A stretch of DNA of 64,000 bases from an uncultured Candidatus Saccharibacteria bacterium (GTDB taxonomy: Bacteria; Patescibacteriota; Minisyncoccia; Phycocordibacterales; JAACPR01). This document shows positions 50,403-60,893 of the stretch, piece by piece. The notes beneath the pieces are model-generated. The model was not told the DNA's origin and ran no database searches. It was given only the letters and a program-made list of their open reading frames with translations. Both the position numbers and the translations under genes were made by a program. Location: assembly GCA_964402215.1 (NCBI GenBank), contig CAYOAT010000003.1, forward strand, positions 29,167 through 93,166, written 5' to 3'. Every line of letters starts with the position of its first letter. Position 1 is the first letter of the stretch.

Positions 50403-50475
50403 GCCACCTTAGCTCAGTTGGTAGAGCAACGGTTTTGTAAACCGTAGGTCGTCGGTTCAAGCCCGACAGGTGGCT
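50403..50475 (+). tRNA. tRNA-Thr(TGT)
   Basis: ACGGT-TTTGTAA-ACCGT anticodon arm. Confidence 0.93.
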
Positions 50476-50481
50476 CAAAAT

Positions 50482-52026
50482 ATGGAATACAAAGATACAC
50501 CTTATTTCCATGTAGCACACGCTCGCGATTTGAGTGGAAAAGACAGAGTTATTTATAGACTTTTGGAAATGTTTCCAGGTGTTTTGTCGTGGGGCACACT
50601 AGTCGGAATTGTGGTTGCTTCAATTTACAAGCCTGTTTGGGCTGCTATTTTCATTATCATTTTTGATTTATATTGGTTACTTAAAACCATTGATCTTGGG
50701 TACCATCAATATCACAATTGGAAGAGAATGAAACATAATATGGCCGAGGATTGGTATTCTCAACTTTCAAAATTTCGATATGAACATTTACAACACTTAA
50801 TTCTTTTGCCTTTTTATAATGAGGATGAATCAGTTATAGAAACCACATTACGCGCAATTGTAAATTCAGAATATCGTAAAGAAAATTTACATGTTGTTTT
50901 GGCAACCGAAGAGCGTGCGGGGGAAGAAGCTGCAGAAATCGCAAAAAAATTGAAATCAAAATATCAAAATCAAATTGGTGAAATTTTGATTACGGTTCAT
51001 CCAAAAGATTTGCCAGGAGAAATTTCTGGTAAAGGTCCAAATATTAGTTTTGCGGCAGAGGAAGCAAGATTAAAAATTATAAATGTTTTAAATTGGAAAT
51101 ATGAAGACGTAATTGTTTCTGCTTTTGATGTTGATACTGTAGTTGGTCCACAATATTTTGCTTGTTTAACTTGGCATTTTTTGACGACTCCGGAACCAAT
51201 GAAAGTCTCATTTCAACCAGTTCCTTTATATAACAATAATATTTGGCAAGCACCTTTTTTGTCGAGAATTGCAGCAATGTCCAGTACATTTTGGCAAATG
51301 ATTCAACAGGAGAGACCAGAAAAATTAGTGACATTTTCTTCCCATGCTGTTCCATTCAAAGCATTGCACGAAGTGAATTACTGGCAAAGAAATATGATTT
51401 CTGATGATTCCAGAATTTTTTGGAATTTATTTTTGGCGCACGATGGTGATTATTCTGTTGTACCAATTGCATATCCAGTTTCTATGGACGCTAATTTGGC
51501 GCCAACAACTTGGCAGACATTAAAAAATATTTATAAACAGCATAGACGCTGGATGTGGGGAGTAGAAAACATCCCATATATTTTATTTGGTTTTGTTAAG
51601 AATAAAAAAATTCCTTTAATAAAAAAATTACAGCATTTACAAATTCAAGTTACAGGTTTTTGGTCACTCGCAACAAATCCGCTGTTAATTCTTTTCCTTG
51701 GTTGGTTACCAATAATTTTAGGAGGTGATGAATTTAGAACAACTGTTTTATCTTATAATCTCCCTAGAGTTACTAGAAATTTGATGTTTGTAGCAATGCT
51801 TGGATTAGTTTTGTCTGCAATTGTGGCTGTCAGTTTGATGCCCCCAATGCCGGGTGAATATACAAAGAGAAAAAGACGTTGGATTGCAGTTGTACTCCAA
51901 TGGGTTTTTATTCCATTTTCAATTATAATTTTCGGATCAATTCCCGGTCTTGATTCACAAACAAGATTAATGATCGGACATTATTTTGGAAAGTTCTGGG
52001 TTACACCAAAACATCGAAAACAATAA
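50482..52026 (+). CDS. GT2-family processive-type membrane glycosyltransferase
   Basis: LPFYNE, DVDT, ISDD, QHRRW motifs plus TM helices. Confidence 0.88.
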   Translation: MEYKDTPYFHVAHARDLSGKDRVIYRLLEMFPGVLSWGTLVGIVVASIYKPVWAAIFIIIFDLYWLLKTIDLGYHQYHNWKRMKHNMAEDWYSQLSKFRYEHLQHLILLPFYNEDESVIETTLRAIVNSEYRKENLHVVLATEERAGEEAAEIAKKLKSKYQNQIGEILITVHPKDLPGEISGKGPNISFAAEEARLKIINVLNWKYEDVIVSAFDVDTVVGPQYFACLTWHFLTTPEPMKVSFQPVPLYNNNIWQAPFLSRIAAMSSTFWQMIQQERPEKLVTFSSHAVPFKALHEVNYWQRNMISDDSRIFWNLFLAHDGDYSVVPIAYPVSMDANLAPTTWQTLKNIYKQHRRWMWGVENIPYILFGFVKNKKIPLIKKLQHLQIQVTGFWSLATNPLLILFLGWLPIILGGDEFRTTVLSYNLPRVTRNLMFVAMLGLVLSAIVAVSLMPPMPGEYTKRKRRWIAVVLQWVFIPFSIIIFGSIPGLDSQTRLMIGHYFGKFWVTPKHRKQ

Positions 52027-52028
52027 AT

Positions 52029-53021
52029 ATGATTCCATTAACAAAGAAAACCAGAAGAAATATTTTTATTACCTTGATGGTGGTGTTTGTTTTGGCCGCA
52101 CCAGTTATTTTGGCAAAATCGCTTGGTTACAAAATTGAACAGCTTGATGATATTTTTACTTTAGTTAAAACTGGTGGAATTTATTTACATTCCGATATTA
52201 CAAATGCACAAATTTATCTAGATGATAAATATGTAGAAAAAAATGGACTGTTGTTGCGAAATACATTGATTCAAAGTTTGAAACCTGAAAAGACATATCA
52301 CGTTGTGGTTAAAAAAGAGGGAATGAATTCCTGGGAGAAAACATTAATGGTTTATCCTTCAGTTGTCTCTGAGGCCAGGGTTTTGATGTTACCAGTTGAA
52401 GTTAAAACAACGGCTGTTTACCCATTTTTAGATAAGGATGGAATTGGGACAACAACACCGCAAACTTTTGTTTCAACTCAAAATGGAATTCCAACTAATC
52501 TTGAATATTTAGAATTGCAAAAATTATTTATTGAAGCGACATCCACACCAATTGCTGTCACAAAACCGTCAAAAAAAATATCGAGTGCAACGACAACTTC
52601 AACAACCACTAAAACAATTCCTGATTATTTTATAAAACTTGGTATTGCAGATCCAGATTCTTTAAAAAATCTTATTGTTAGTGGTGATCAAGTTTCATGG
52701 CTTTCAAATGATAATGTTGCAGTTAATTGGGTTTCAGACAATAATATCCAGCCATATTATTATTGTCTCGATTTAACAAACTGTAGAACGTTAATTAACG
52801 TTGATTTAGAAAAACCCGTTATTTCATTTGATTTTCTTCAAGGAAGAGACGATGCTTTGATAGTTTTACATGATAATGGTTTGTATGCTGTTGAAATTGA
52901 TGATCGTTCCGAAAGAAATATTCAACCAATATATTTAGGTAAAGACTTGAAATTTGAAATAAACTCTCGTGATCAGATTGTGGTTTTGGATTCTGAAATA
53001 TTTTACAAAATTGAGCTCTAG
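52029..53021 (+). CDS. PEGA-like domain membrane-anchored protein
   Basis: TGGIYLHS..AQIYLD..YHVVVKKEG. Confidence 0.7.
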   Translation: MIPLTKKTRRNIFITLMVVFVLAAPVILAKSLGYKIEQLDDIFTLVKTGGIYLHSDITNAQIYLDDKYVEKNGLLLRNTLIQSLKPEKTYHVVVKKEGMNSWEKTLMVYPSVVSEARVLMLPVEVKTTAVYPFLDKDGIGTTTPQTFVSTQNGIPTNLEYLELQKLFIEATSTPIAVTKPSKKISSATTTSTTTKTIPDYFIKLGIADPDSLKNLIVSGDQVSWLSNDNVAVNWVSDNNIQPYYYCLDLTNCRTLINVDLEKPVISFDFLQGRDDALIVLHDNGLYAVEIDDRSERNIQPIYLGKDLKFEINSRDQIVVLDSEIFYKIEL

Positions 53022-53077
53022 TTTTCGCGGGGAATGAAACCTGGCTTTAAAACTATTTTTGATATAAAATTGCCCTC

Positions 53078-53773
53078 ATGAACGAAGAAAAAGGGCATAT
53101 TCACGTTATAAATCGTATTACTGATGACATTGTTAAAGTTTTTAAAGAAATGGATTTCGAAGTTGTTTTAAGTAACGAAATAGAGGATGAATACCACAAT
53201 TTTGACGCTTTGAATGTTCCAAAGGATCATCCTGCAAGAGATATGCAAGATACATTTTGGTTGGCAACAAATCCAGCAAGCCTTTTGCGTACACAGACTT
53301 CAGGAACACAAATTCGATATATGGAGAAAAATAAACCGCCATTAAAAATTGTTGTTCCTGGAAAAGTTTATAGATATGAGGCCACTGACAGAACTCACGA
53401 AGTTCAATTCCATCAAATTGAAGGTTTGGTTGTTGGTGAGGGAATTAATATGCGCCACCTAAAATTTGCGTTGAATAGTTTTATAAAAAAACTTTATGGT
53501 AAGAAAACCGAAATAAGATTTCGTCCTGGATATTTTCCATTCGTTGAACCGGGAATTGAAATTGATATGAGACGTAAAGACGGTAGTTGGGTGGAAGTTC
53601 TAGGCGCCGGCATGGTTCATCCAAACGTTTTAAATAATGTTGGAATTGATTCAAAAAAATATACAGGATTTGCTTTCGGTGCAGGCTTGGATCGATTAGC
53701 AATGATCAAATATGGAATTGATGATATTAGAGGACTTTATAATGGTGATTTACGTTTGGTTAATCAGTTTTAA
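53078..53773 (+). CDS. pheS: Phenylalanine-tRNA ligase alpha subunit (no N-terminal coiled coil)
   Basis: NFDALN..HPARDMQDTF, FHQIEG, YFPFVEP, GLDRLAM. Confidence 0.97.
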   Translation: MNEEKGHIHVINRITDDIVKVFKEMDFEVVLSNEIEDEYHNFDALNVPKDHPARDMQDTFWLATNPASLLRTQTSGTQIRYMEKNKPPLKIVVPGKVYRYEATDRTHEVQFHQIEGLVVGEGINMRHLKFALNSFIKKLYGKKTEIRFRPGYFPFVEPGIEIDMRRKDGSWVEVLGAGMVHPNVLNNVGIDSKKYTGFAFGAGLDRLAMIKYGIDDIRGLYNGDLRLVNQF

Positions 53774-53789
53774 TTAAATAATTAATAAC

Positions 53790-56129
53790 ATGCTTATTTC
53801 CTATAATTGGCTAAAAGAATATTTTAAAAAGTTACCAAAACCAGAAAAATTGGAGGAACTTTTGACTAAAAGATCTTATGAAGTTGAAGACCTGGATAAA
53901 ATCGATGATGATTATGTTTTTAATATTGATGTCCTTCCAAACCGCTCACATGATTCGCTTTGTCATTATGGAATAGCAAAAGAGGTTTCTACTATTACGG
54001 GTTTAAAGTTTCTAGATAAACTTTCTAAAATAGAAAAAATTATTACTGGTAAAAAATCACCAGTCAAAGTATCTATTTCTGGAAATTTTTGCAAGAGATA
54101 TATTGCCAGACAAATTGATGGTATAGAAATAAAAGATTCTCCAAAAGAAATAAAAGATAAGTTAAAGTCCTTGGGTCAAAAATCTATTAATAACATTGTT
54201 GATATTACAAATATTGTAATGTTTGAAATGGGTCAGCCGATGCATGCGTTTGATACACAAAAATTGTCTGGCAATACAATTTTCGTTCGAAGTGCTATAG
54301 ATGGAGAACAGATTACTACTTTGGATAAGCAAGAAATTAAACTTTCTGTAAAAGATTATGTAATTGCGGATAAAGATAGTGTGTTAGCTGTTGCCGGAAT
54401 TAAAGGCGGCAAGAAAGCCGAAGTAAATAAAAATACAACAAGCATTGTTTTGGAAGCCGCAAATTTTAATCAAACTGATACCAGAAAAACATCAAAGAGA
54501 ATAAATGTTGGAACCGAATCGTCCAAACGTTTTGAAAACGAAATTACACCAGCGATTGCTGAACAAGCGATTGATTTGGCAACTGATTTAATTTTGAAAT
54601 ACGCTGCAACAGATGGTGTGGTTGTTTATGATTCAGTCGATGTTTATCCACGACAAGCAAATATTTATAAAACTGGAGTTTCAGTTGCGGATGTTGAGGC
54701 CTTACTTGGTTTAAAACTATCCGAAAGACAAATTAGAAAAACTTTACAAGCTTTAGATTTTCCATTTGAAATTGTTGATGTAAGAAAAAAAATAGTTGAA
54801 GAAGCAAAAAAATATTTAGGACAACCATATGAACTACACGCTAGTGTCCGATTTGATGCACCACGCAAGTTTGATTGTTCTTCTTTTACGGCTTTCGTCT
54901 TTGCACAGGCTGGGCTAACTATCCCAAGAATTTCTATTGATCAGTTTGTATTTGGTCGTGAAATAAAACGTGCAGAGTTGCAGGCAGGAGATTTAGTATT
55001 CGGTAATAATGAGGTTGGACATGTCTGGGATAAAACAGTCGAATATTTGCCTGGAACTTCTGTTCTAGGCGGAATTGATCATGTTGGAATTTACCTAGGC
55101 GAAAATAAAGTTATTCATTGTAGTCGATACAATAAAAATGGGGTCGAGATTTCTGATCTTGATAATTGTTCATCTTTTAAAAAACTTACAAAATGTGCGA
55201 GTCTTATTGAATCTGAAAAACGATTTGTAGTTAGTGTTCCAGTTAGACGTCTAGATATTACAAATAAAACTGAACTTGTAGAAGAAATCGGACGAATCTT
55301 TGGTTATGAATATGTTAAAGATCAAGAAATACCAAAAAATTCTTTTGAATCAAAAATTCAAAAAGCCTATGCTTACAATAATTTAATTAGAAAAACATTG
55401 TCAGATTTAGGTTTTTCAGAAGTTATTACTTACACTTTCGTGAAAGAAGGGGATATTACGCCAGAAAAGCCAATCGCAGATGATAAGGCGTTTCTGCGTA
55501 CAACTTTACGAACAGGCATGATTGATGCTCTAGAGAAGAATCTAAGAAATATTGATTTATTTGGTCTTGATCAAATAAAATTATTTGAAATTGGTAAGGT
55601 TTTTCCAAAGGATGGCGAAAAACTATTTTTATCAATTGGTGTCATAAATAAAAATGGTTTTAAAAAACAAAAACCAACTGAAAGTGTAAAACTTGCTGTT
55701 GAGGCGTTATCGGTTGCTTTCAACCAGAAAATCACTGTTAGTATTTCTGATAATGATAATTTTGTCGAAATAAATTTGGATAAATTCTACGAGTCATTAT
55801 CAGTACCGACTGAACTATATAATTTACCAGAAATTGAATCTGTAACTTACAAACCAATTTCGGCTTTTCCATTCATCTTGCGCGACATAGCTGTTTGGAT
55901 ACCAAACAATATTGATCCATTAAAACTATTAAATATTATTAATAAATACTCAGAAAATTTGCTTGTTAAAACAAAACTTTTTGATGTCTATAAGAAGGAA
56001 GACAAAACTTCTTTTGCCTACCGATTGGTATTCCAGTCTAATGAAAAGACATTAACTGATGCAGAAATAAATGTCATTATGGAATCAATAAATAAAGATT
56101 TGTCCGATAAGGGTTGGGAAGTTAGATAA
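53790..56129 (+). CDS. pheT: Phenylalanine-tRNA ligase beta subunit with an inserted NlpC/P60 domain
   Basis: MLISYNWLKEY, PNRSHD, GQPMHAFD, RRLDI..ELVEEIGRIFGY, C-terminal anticodon-binding domain; insert at about 54780-55215. Confidence 0.93.
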   Translation: MLISYNWLKEYFKKLPKPEKLEELLTKRSYEVEDLDKIDDDYVFNIDVLPNRSHDSLCHYGIAKEVSTITGLKFLDKLSKIEKIITGKKSPVKVSISGNFCKRYIARQIDGIEIKDSPKEIKDKLKSLGQKSINNIVDITNIVMFEMGQPMHAFDTQKLSGNTIFVRSAIDGEQITTLDKQEIKLSVKDYVIADKDSVLAVAGIKGGKKAEVNKNTTSIVLEAANFNQTDTRKTSKRINVGTESSKRFENEITPAIAEQAIDLATDLILKYAATDGVVVYDSVDVYPRQANIYKTGVSVADVEALLGLKLSERQIRKTLQALDFPFEIVDVRKKIVEEAKKYLGQPYELHASVRFDAPRKFDCSSFTAFVFAQAGLTIPRISIDQFVFGREIKRAELQAGDLVFGNNEVGHVWDKTVEYLPGTSVLGGIDHVGIYLGENKVIHCSRYNKNGVEISDLDNCSSFKKLTKCASLIESEKRFVVSVPVRRLDITNKTELVEEIGRIFGYEYVKDQEIPKNSFESKIQKAYAYNNLIRKTLSDLGFSEVITYTFVKEGDITPEKPIADDKAFLRTTLRTGMIDALEKNLRNIDLFGLDQIKLFEIGKVFPKDGEKLFLSIGVINKNGFKKQKPTESVKLAVEALSVAFNQKITVSISDNDNFVEINLDKFYESLSVPTELYNLPEIESVTYKPISAFPFILRDIAVWIPNNIDPLKLLNIINKYSENLLVKTKLFDVYKKEDKTSFAYRLVFQSNEKTLTDAEINVIMESINKDLSDKGWEVR

Positions 56130-56190
56130 GTAGTCATAAAAACTTTAGAACTTTTTTAAAAAGATTTTAACTAAATCAGCTATAACAGTT

Positions 56191-56787
56191 ATGGAAAAAA
56201 AGAAAGGAAATAAAATGAAAGTTGTTTTGAATGTACCTTATTTTTCACAAAATTCTGATTTGGTTCCCGAGAAATGGAGAAACGTTTCTTGTGGTATTGC
56301 AGCTGTAAAAATGATTCTGGATTTTTTAGTAAAAAAATCACCACTAATTAATTTATTAATTGATGAGGGAATTGCAATTAATGGTTATACAAAAGATGGG
56401 TGGTCACATGAATCTTTAGTCAGACTTTTGCGGAATCACGGTGTAATGGCATATTCTCAGGAGTTTCGTTCCGTCAGTATCCAGATTGATGAAATTCATG
56501 GCGTTACAATGCTTTCTGGAAAATATGATTTGTCACTTTCAGAATTTGGTATCAATAAAATAACATCAAAATTATTAAATGGTTTACCCGTAATAGTTTC
56601 TGTTAAACCAAATTTTAATAACAACAAACATTCGCATTTAATATTGATTGTTGGTTTTGACAATAAAAAGAAAATTCTTTATTACCATGACCCAGATTCT
56701 CGTGATGGAATATGTTTAAAAAGCACGGAAATTAAGGTCAAAGAATTTATCAAATATTGGCGAAAACTTGCAATATTTATTGATTAA
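56191..56787 (+). CDS. C39-like cysteine peptidase
   Basis: VPYFSQ, SCGIAAVKM, HLILIVG, YHDP. Confidence 0.85.
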   Translation: MEKKKGNKMKVVLNVPYFSQNSDLVPEKWRNVSCGIAAVKMILDFLVKKSPLINLLIDEGIAINGYTKDGWSHESLVRLLRNHGVMAYSQEFRSVSIQIDEIHGVTMLSGKYDLSLSEFGINKITSKLLNGLPVIVSVKPNFNNNKHSHLILIVGFDNKKKILYYHDPDSRDGICLKSTEIKVKEFIKYWRKLAIFID

Positions 56788-56865
56788 AAAACCACCCGTA
56801 ATTTCATATATACGAGTGGTTATTACACTTGTTAATATTGGGGATTTTGATAAAATATAGAAATA

Positions 56866-58989
56866 ATGACACTCAAAAAAGACGATGCAAAAGAAGTAGG
56901 AAAGGCCCCACAAAAAGGGGCTAAAAATAACGCAAAAGGGGGAGGAAAAGGACATCTATATAATGCCGACGAAATCACCGTTTTAGAGGGGCTAGAACCC
57001 GTCAGAATGCGTCCCGGTATGTATATTGGTACAACAGGCCCTGATGGTTTGCATCACCTTGTAACAGAGATTTTTGACAATTCCCGCGACGAAGCCATGG
57101 GTGGGTTTGCTGATCACATAGAGGTGGCCTTGCTACCAGAGGGTTACGTCAGAGTCGCTGATAACGGTCGTGGTATTCCTATTGATAAACACAAACAAAC
57201 AAAAGTTTCAGCTCTTGAGACTGTTATGACGACGTTACACGCCGGAGGTAAATTCGGTGGTGAGGACAGCGGCTACAAAGTTTCTGGAGGTTTGCACGGC
57301 GTCGGTGCTTCTGTGGTAAACGCTTTATCTGAACATCTTTTTGTTGAAGTCCATCGTGATGGGGGAAAATATTTTCAGGAATACAATATTGGAAAGAAAA
57401 AATCTGCTGTAAAGCAAATTTCGAAAAGTAAATATACTGGAACAGTTGTGACATTTAAACCAGATGCTTCTATTTTTGAAACAGTTGAGTTTGATTTTAA
57501 AAAGGTTGTTGAACATTTACGACTTCAGGCCTACCTTGTAAAAGGTCTACGAATCACAGTTATTGATGCTAGAAATTATAAGGAAAAAATTAATTTGGAT
57601 GATGTTTTATATATTGCCGAGACTGGTGAATCAGTTGATTCTAAAACATTTTATTTTGAGGGCGGCCTTGCATCACTCGTAAGTTTTAAAAATAAATTTA
57701 ATAAACCAGTTCATCGAAATATTTTTTATGTCGACAAATCTTCTGAGGATAACAAAGTCGAAGTAGAAGTGGCTCTTCAATATATTGATGATATTTCTCC
57801 ACGTCTTACCGCTTTTGCGAACAATATTTATAACAGCGAAGGCGGAACACATATTACTGGTTTTAAAACTGCTCTAACACGATGTTTAAACAATTACGGT
57901 AAGAAAAATAATTTAATAAAAGAAGCTGACGGTGGTTTCACTGGTGATGATGCGCTCGAGGGAATCACAGCTGTTGTTTCTATTAAAATGGGTGCGGAAA
58001 TTCAATTTGAAGGTCAGACAAAGTCAAAGTTGGGTTCAACCGAAGCTCGTGGTGCAGTCGAGGGGATTTTCGGTGAAGCTTTTAATGCTTTCCTTGAAGA
58101 AAATCCTGATGATGCAAAATCTATTATAAGTAAAGTTGTTTTGGCTTTACGAGCACGAAAAGCGGCAAAAGCTGCAAAAGATTCTGTTCTTCGAAAGGGA
58201 GCTTTGGAAGGAATGACTTTGCCAGGAAAATTGGCAGATTGTCAGACAAAATTGGCTGAAGAATCAGAAATATTTATTGTGGAGGGAGACTCTGCGGGTG
58301 GTACAGCAAAAACTGGTCGTGATCGACGTACTCAGGCCGTTCTACCTTTGCGAGGTAAAATTTTGAATGTTGAAAGAGCCCGTCTAGATAGAATGTTGGG
58401 TTCAGAACAAATTAAAAACTTAGTCGTCGCGATGGGTACAGCAATTGGCGATACATTTGATATATCAAAATTGCGATATCACAAGATTATTATTGCAACA
58501 GATGCCGATGTCGATGGTGCTCACATTAGAACTTTGCTTTTGACTTTATTTTATAGATATTTTAAACCCGTAATTGATGGAGGATTTTTGTATATTGCGC
58601 AACCACCGTTATATAAACTGGCTCGAGGAAAAGAAGTTCATTATGTTTTTAGTGATGAGGAAAAAAATAAATTAGTCGGAAAGGGTGGTGATGTTATTGA
58701 GGAAGATGTAGAAGAATCAGATGAAGAGCCTACTGCAGAGGATGTTGAAAAAACTGCAAAAAGAGCAGAAACCAAATGGCGAATTCAAAGATATAAAGGT
58801 CTTGGAGAAATGAATGCTGATGAATTGGCTGAGACAACAATGAATGTGAAGAATCGTATTTTGAAGCAAGTTAGAATCGATGATGCGATAGAGGCCGATT
58901 CAATTTTTGACATGCTAATGGGTACAGATGTTCCAGCTAGAAAATCTTATATTACAAACAACGCAAAATACGCTGATTTGGATATTTAG
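56866..58989 (+). CDS. gyrB: DNA gyrase subunit B
   Basis: RPGMYIG, GGLHGVG, EGDSAGG, DADVDG, RYKGLGEM. Confidence 0.96.
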   Translation: MTLKKDDAKEVGKAPQKGAKNNAKGGGKGHLYNADEITVLEGLEPVRMRPGMYIGTTGPDGLHHLVTEIFDNSRDEAMGGFADHIEVALLPEGYVRVADNGRGIPIDKHKQTKVSALETVMTTLHAGGKFGGEDSGYKVSGGLHGVGASVVNALSEHLFVEVHRDGGKYFQEYNIGKKKSAVKQISKSKYTGTVVTFKPDASIFETVEFDFKKVVEHLRLQAYLVKGLRITVIDARNYKEKINLDDVLYIAETGESVDSKTFYFEGGLASLVSFKNKFNKPVHRNIFYVDKSSEDNKVEVEVALQYIDDISPRLTAFANNIYNSEGGTHITGFKTALTRCLNNYGKKNNLIKEADGGFTGDDALEGITAVVSIKMGAEIQFEGQTKSKLGSTEARGAVEGIFGEAFNAFLEENPDDAKSIISKVVLALRARKAAKAAKDSVLRKGALEGMTLPGKLADCQTKLAEESEIFIVEGDSAGGTAKTGRDRRTQAVLPLRGKILNVERARLDRMLGSEQIKNLVVAMGTAIGDTFDISKLRYHKIIIATDADVDGAHIRTLLLTLFYRYFKPVIDGGFLYIAQPPLYKLARGKEVHYVFSDEEKNKLVGKGGDVIEEDVEESDEEPTAEDVEKTAKRAETKWRIQRYKGLGEMNADELAETTMNVKNRILKQVRIDDAIEADSIFDMLMGTDVPARKSYITNNAKYADLDI

Positions 58990-58998
58990 AAGTTAAGA

Positions 58999-59087
58999 AA
59001 TACAAAAAACACCTTTTATTCGATCCAGTCCTCGATTTGTTTTATAAACAAATCTGCGGAGGATCTCAAAAAGGTGTTTTTTGTATT
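58999..59087. terminator. Long bidirectional hairpin with an internal palindromic element
   Basis: AATACAAAAAACACCTTTT / AAAAGGTGTTTTTTGTATT arms between convergent genes. Confidence 0.75.
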
Positions 59088-60420
59088 AGTTAGAAACTTC
59101 TAAAGATTCAGAATCAGTATTATTGTTTTCTTTTTCTTCATCAACATCATCATCAGAATCTACTTCAATTCTAATGTTGTAATCACCCTCATCAGGGTTT
59201 TCAAATTCAACAGTTATTATTGTTGATTCTCCTGGTTCGAGTGAATCTTGATCTTTTGATTCATAATCATCTTCATCATCGTATGGTAAATTGGTGACTT
59301 TGAATTTCCAATCATCAGTATCTTCACCACCACGATTAACAACAACGAATTGTATTGCGGCATCATCATCTTCATCGATTTCATCATCTTCAATAAATTT
59401 TGAACCAGACATTCTGCCAACTTTGTAGTTTTCAATTTGTAAATCAGCATCATCATTTTCATCATAATCATTATCAACGCCGCTACCGTTTTCATCACCT
59501 TTAATGTTTATTGAAACGTTATTATTTGATTCAGAATTTTCTTTTATTTTATTGTTGGAATCAATAATAATAGTTGTTTTTCCTGCTGGAGTTCCTCCAT
59601 CAAATTTCAATGTGTATTTAATCGTATCTCCGGGTCGCAAGTTTGGTTGAGAAGGGGAATTTTCTGTTCCTTCTCCTGGTGTTGAGTAACTAAATATCCA
59701 ACTTCCTGAATCTTGTCCACCAATATTTCTAACAACAAATTGTACAGCTAGGTCGCCAGTAGGGTCAGCATTTATAATGGCCAAATCAGCAGGAATTTTT
59801 GGTAAAACAGGATTAGAAACTGGTTTATCGTCTGTAGAGTCATTTGTTTCGGCAGGAGTAACGTTTCCAGCAGAAATTGTTGCGCCAGCATTAGTACCAA
59901 TTGGAGTTGGATCTTTTGAATCCTGAACGGTAATGGTCGCCTGTCCACTTGCAACGATAGTATTATTTGAAGTTTCAATATAAGAAACCTCTAAAGGTAA
60001 ATCAATGAACGAATTTTCTTGATTGTAGCTAATACCAAGCTCAATGTTTTTGGCATTTTGTGGTAATGGATAACGTGTATTACATAAAACTGTTCTTTTG
60101 CCTGATTGTTCCGTTGCGGTAATTTTTAAATTATCAATACATTTATATGTTAAATAAAAAGCACCAATTTTTTCTGATTTGTAATCCCAATTAATAGAAA
60201 ATTTGTCTCCGTCTATTAGGCTAGGGTCATTCACGCTGACAGAAACCTCATTTTTCTTGAATGGGGAAGAGATTGCATCACCAACTGATGCAAATCCAGA
60301 AAACAACATCGGTAGAAACTTTATAATGGCAAAAGCCAAAATAAAGATCACGGCAATTATCGCGATTATGAATAAAACTCTCAAAACAATGTTTTTTGCT
60401 ATTGTCATAGGTATTTCCAA
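59086..60420 (-). CDS. Membrane-anchored surface protein with two CARDB-like domains
   Basis: DLAI..VRNIGG..IKENSESNN and DLQI..VVNRGG..VDEEKENNN. Confidence 0.8.
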   Translation of the reverse strand: MEIPMTIAKNIVLRVLFIIAIIAVIFILAFAIIKFLPMLFSGFASVGDAISSPFKKNEVSVSVNDPSLIDGDKFSINWDYKSEKIGAFYLTYKCIDNLKITATEQSGKRTVLCNTRYPLPQNAKNIELGISYNQENSFIDLPLEVSYIETSNNTIVASGQATITVQDSKDPTPIGTNAGATISAGNVTPAETNDSTDDKPVSNPVLPKIPADLAIINADPTGDLAVQFVVRNIGGQDSGSWIFSYSTPGEGTENSPSQPNLRPGDTIKYTLKFDGGTPAGKTTIIIDSNNKIKENSESNNNVSINIKGDENGSGVDNDYDENDDADLQIENYKVGRMSGSKFIEDDEIDEDDDAAIQFVVVNRGGEDTDDWKFKVTNLPYDDEDDYESKDQDSLEPGESTIITVEFENPDEGDYNIRIEVDSDDDVDEEKENNNTDSESLEVSN

Positions 60421-60548
60421 TATAATATCATATTTATACCCACCTTGTCAATAGTTAAATACTGGCCCAGTTAAAGGCTGATTTTGTGGCTTATGTGTAG
60501 CTTAAAACAATTGCGTTTCTACAATAAATGTAGTAATCTGTTTCTACT

Positions 60549-60704
60549 ATGTCACAAGACAACTTAATTCAATTAAAAAACAAGCAAACAGGCGAGGTTT
60601 ATTGGTCACGCAAGAATCGTAGAAAGGTTGAAAGAAAAATTGAACTTAAAAAATACAGCAAAAAGCTAAAGAAGATGGTTGTATTTAAGGAAGCAAAGAA
60701 ATAA
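60549..60704 (+). CDS. rpmG: 50S ribosomal protein L33 (below the ORF-track cutoff)
   Basis: MSQDNLIQLKNKQTGEVYWSRKNRRKVERKIELKKYSKKLKKMVVFKEAKK. Confidence 0.88.
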   Translation: MSQDNLIQLKNKQTGEVYWSRKNRRKVERKIELKKYSKKLKKMVVFKEAKK

Positions 60705-60774
60705 AGAAAAGCCGGCGAAATGCCGGTTTTTTGTTAGCGCAACAGCGTATAAATGTGATATATTAGTTTTTGAA

Positions 60775-60846
60775 GGGCCTATAGTTTCAATGGTAAAACG
60801 TCGGTCTCCAAAACCGTTGTTCCAGGTTCAAATCCTGGTGGGCCCG
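60775..60846 (+). tRNA. tRNA-Trp(CCA)
   Basis: CGGT-CTCCAAA-ACCG anticodon arm, GGTTCAAATCC. Confidence 0.92.
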
Positions 60847-60893
60847 CAGAATATTAATTGAGGTTGTTTTAAATTATATTTAATTTAATAAAT

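Noticed and set aside
50470-50481. GTG start of the glycosyltransferase
   Set aside because: It lies within tRNA-Thr; ATG at 50482 is preferred.
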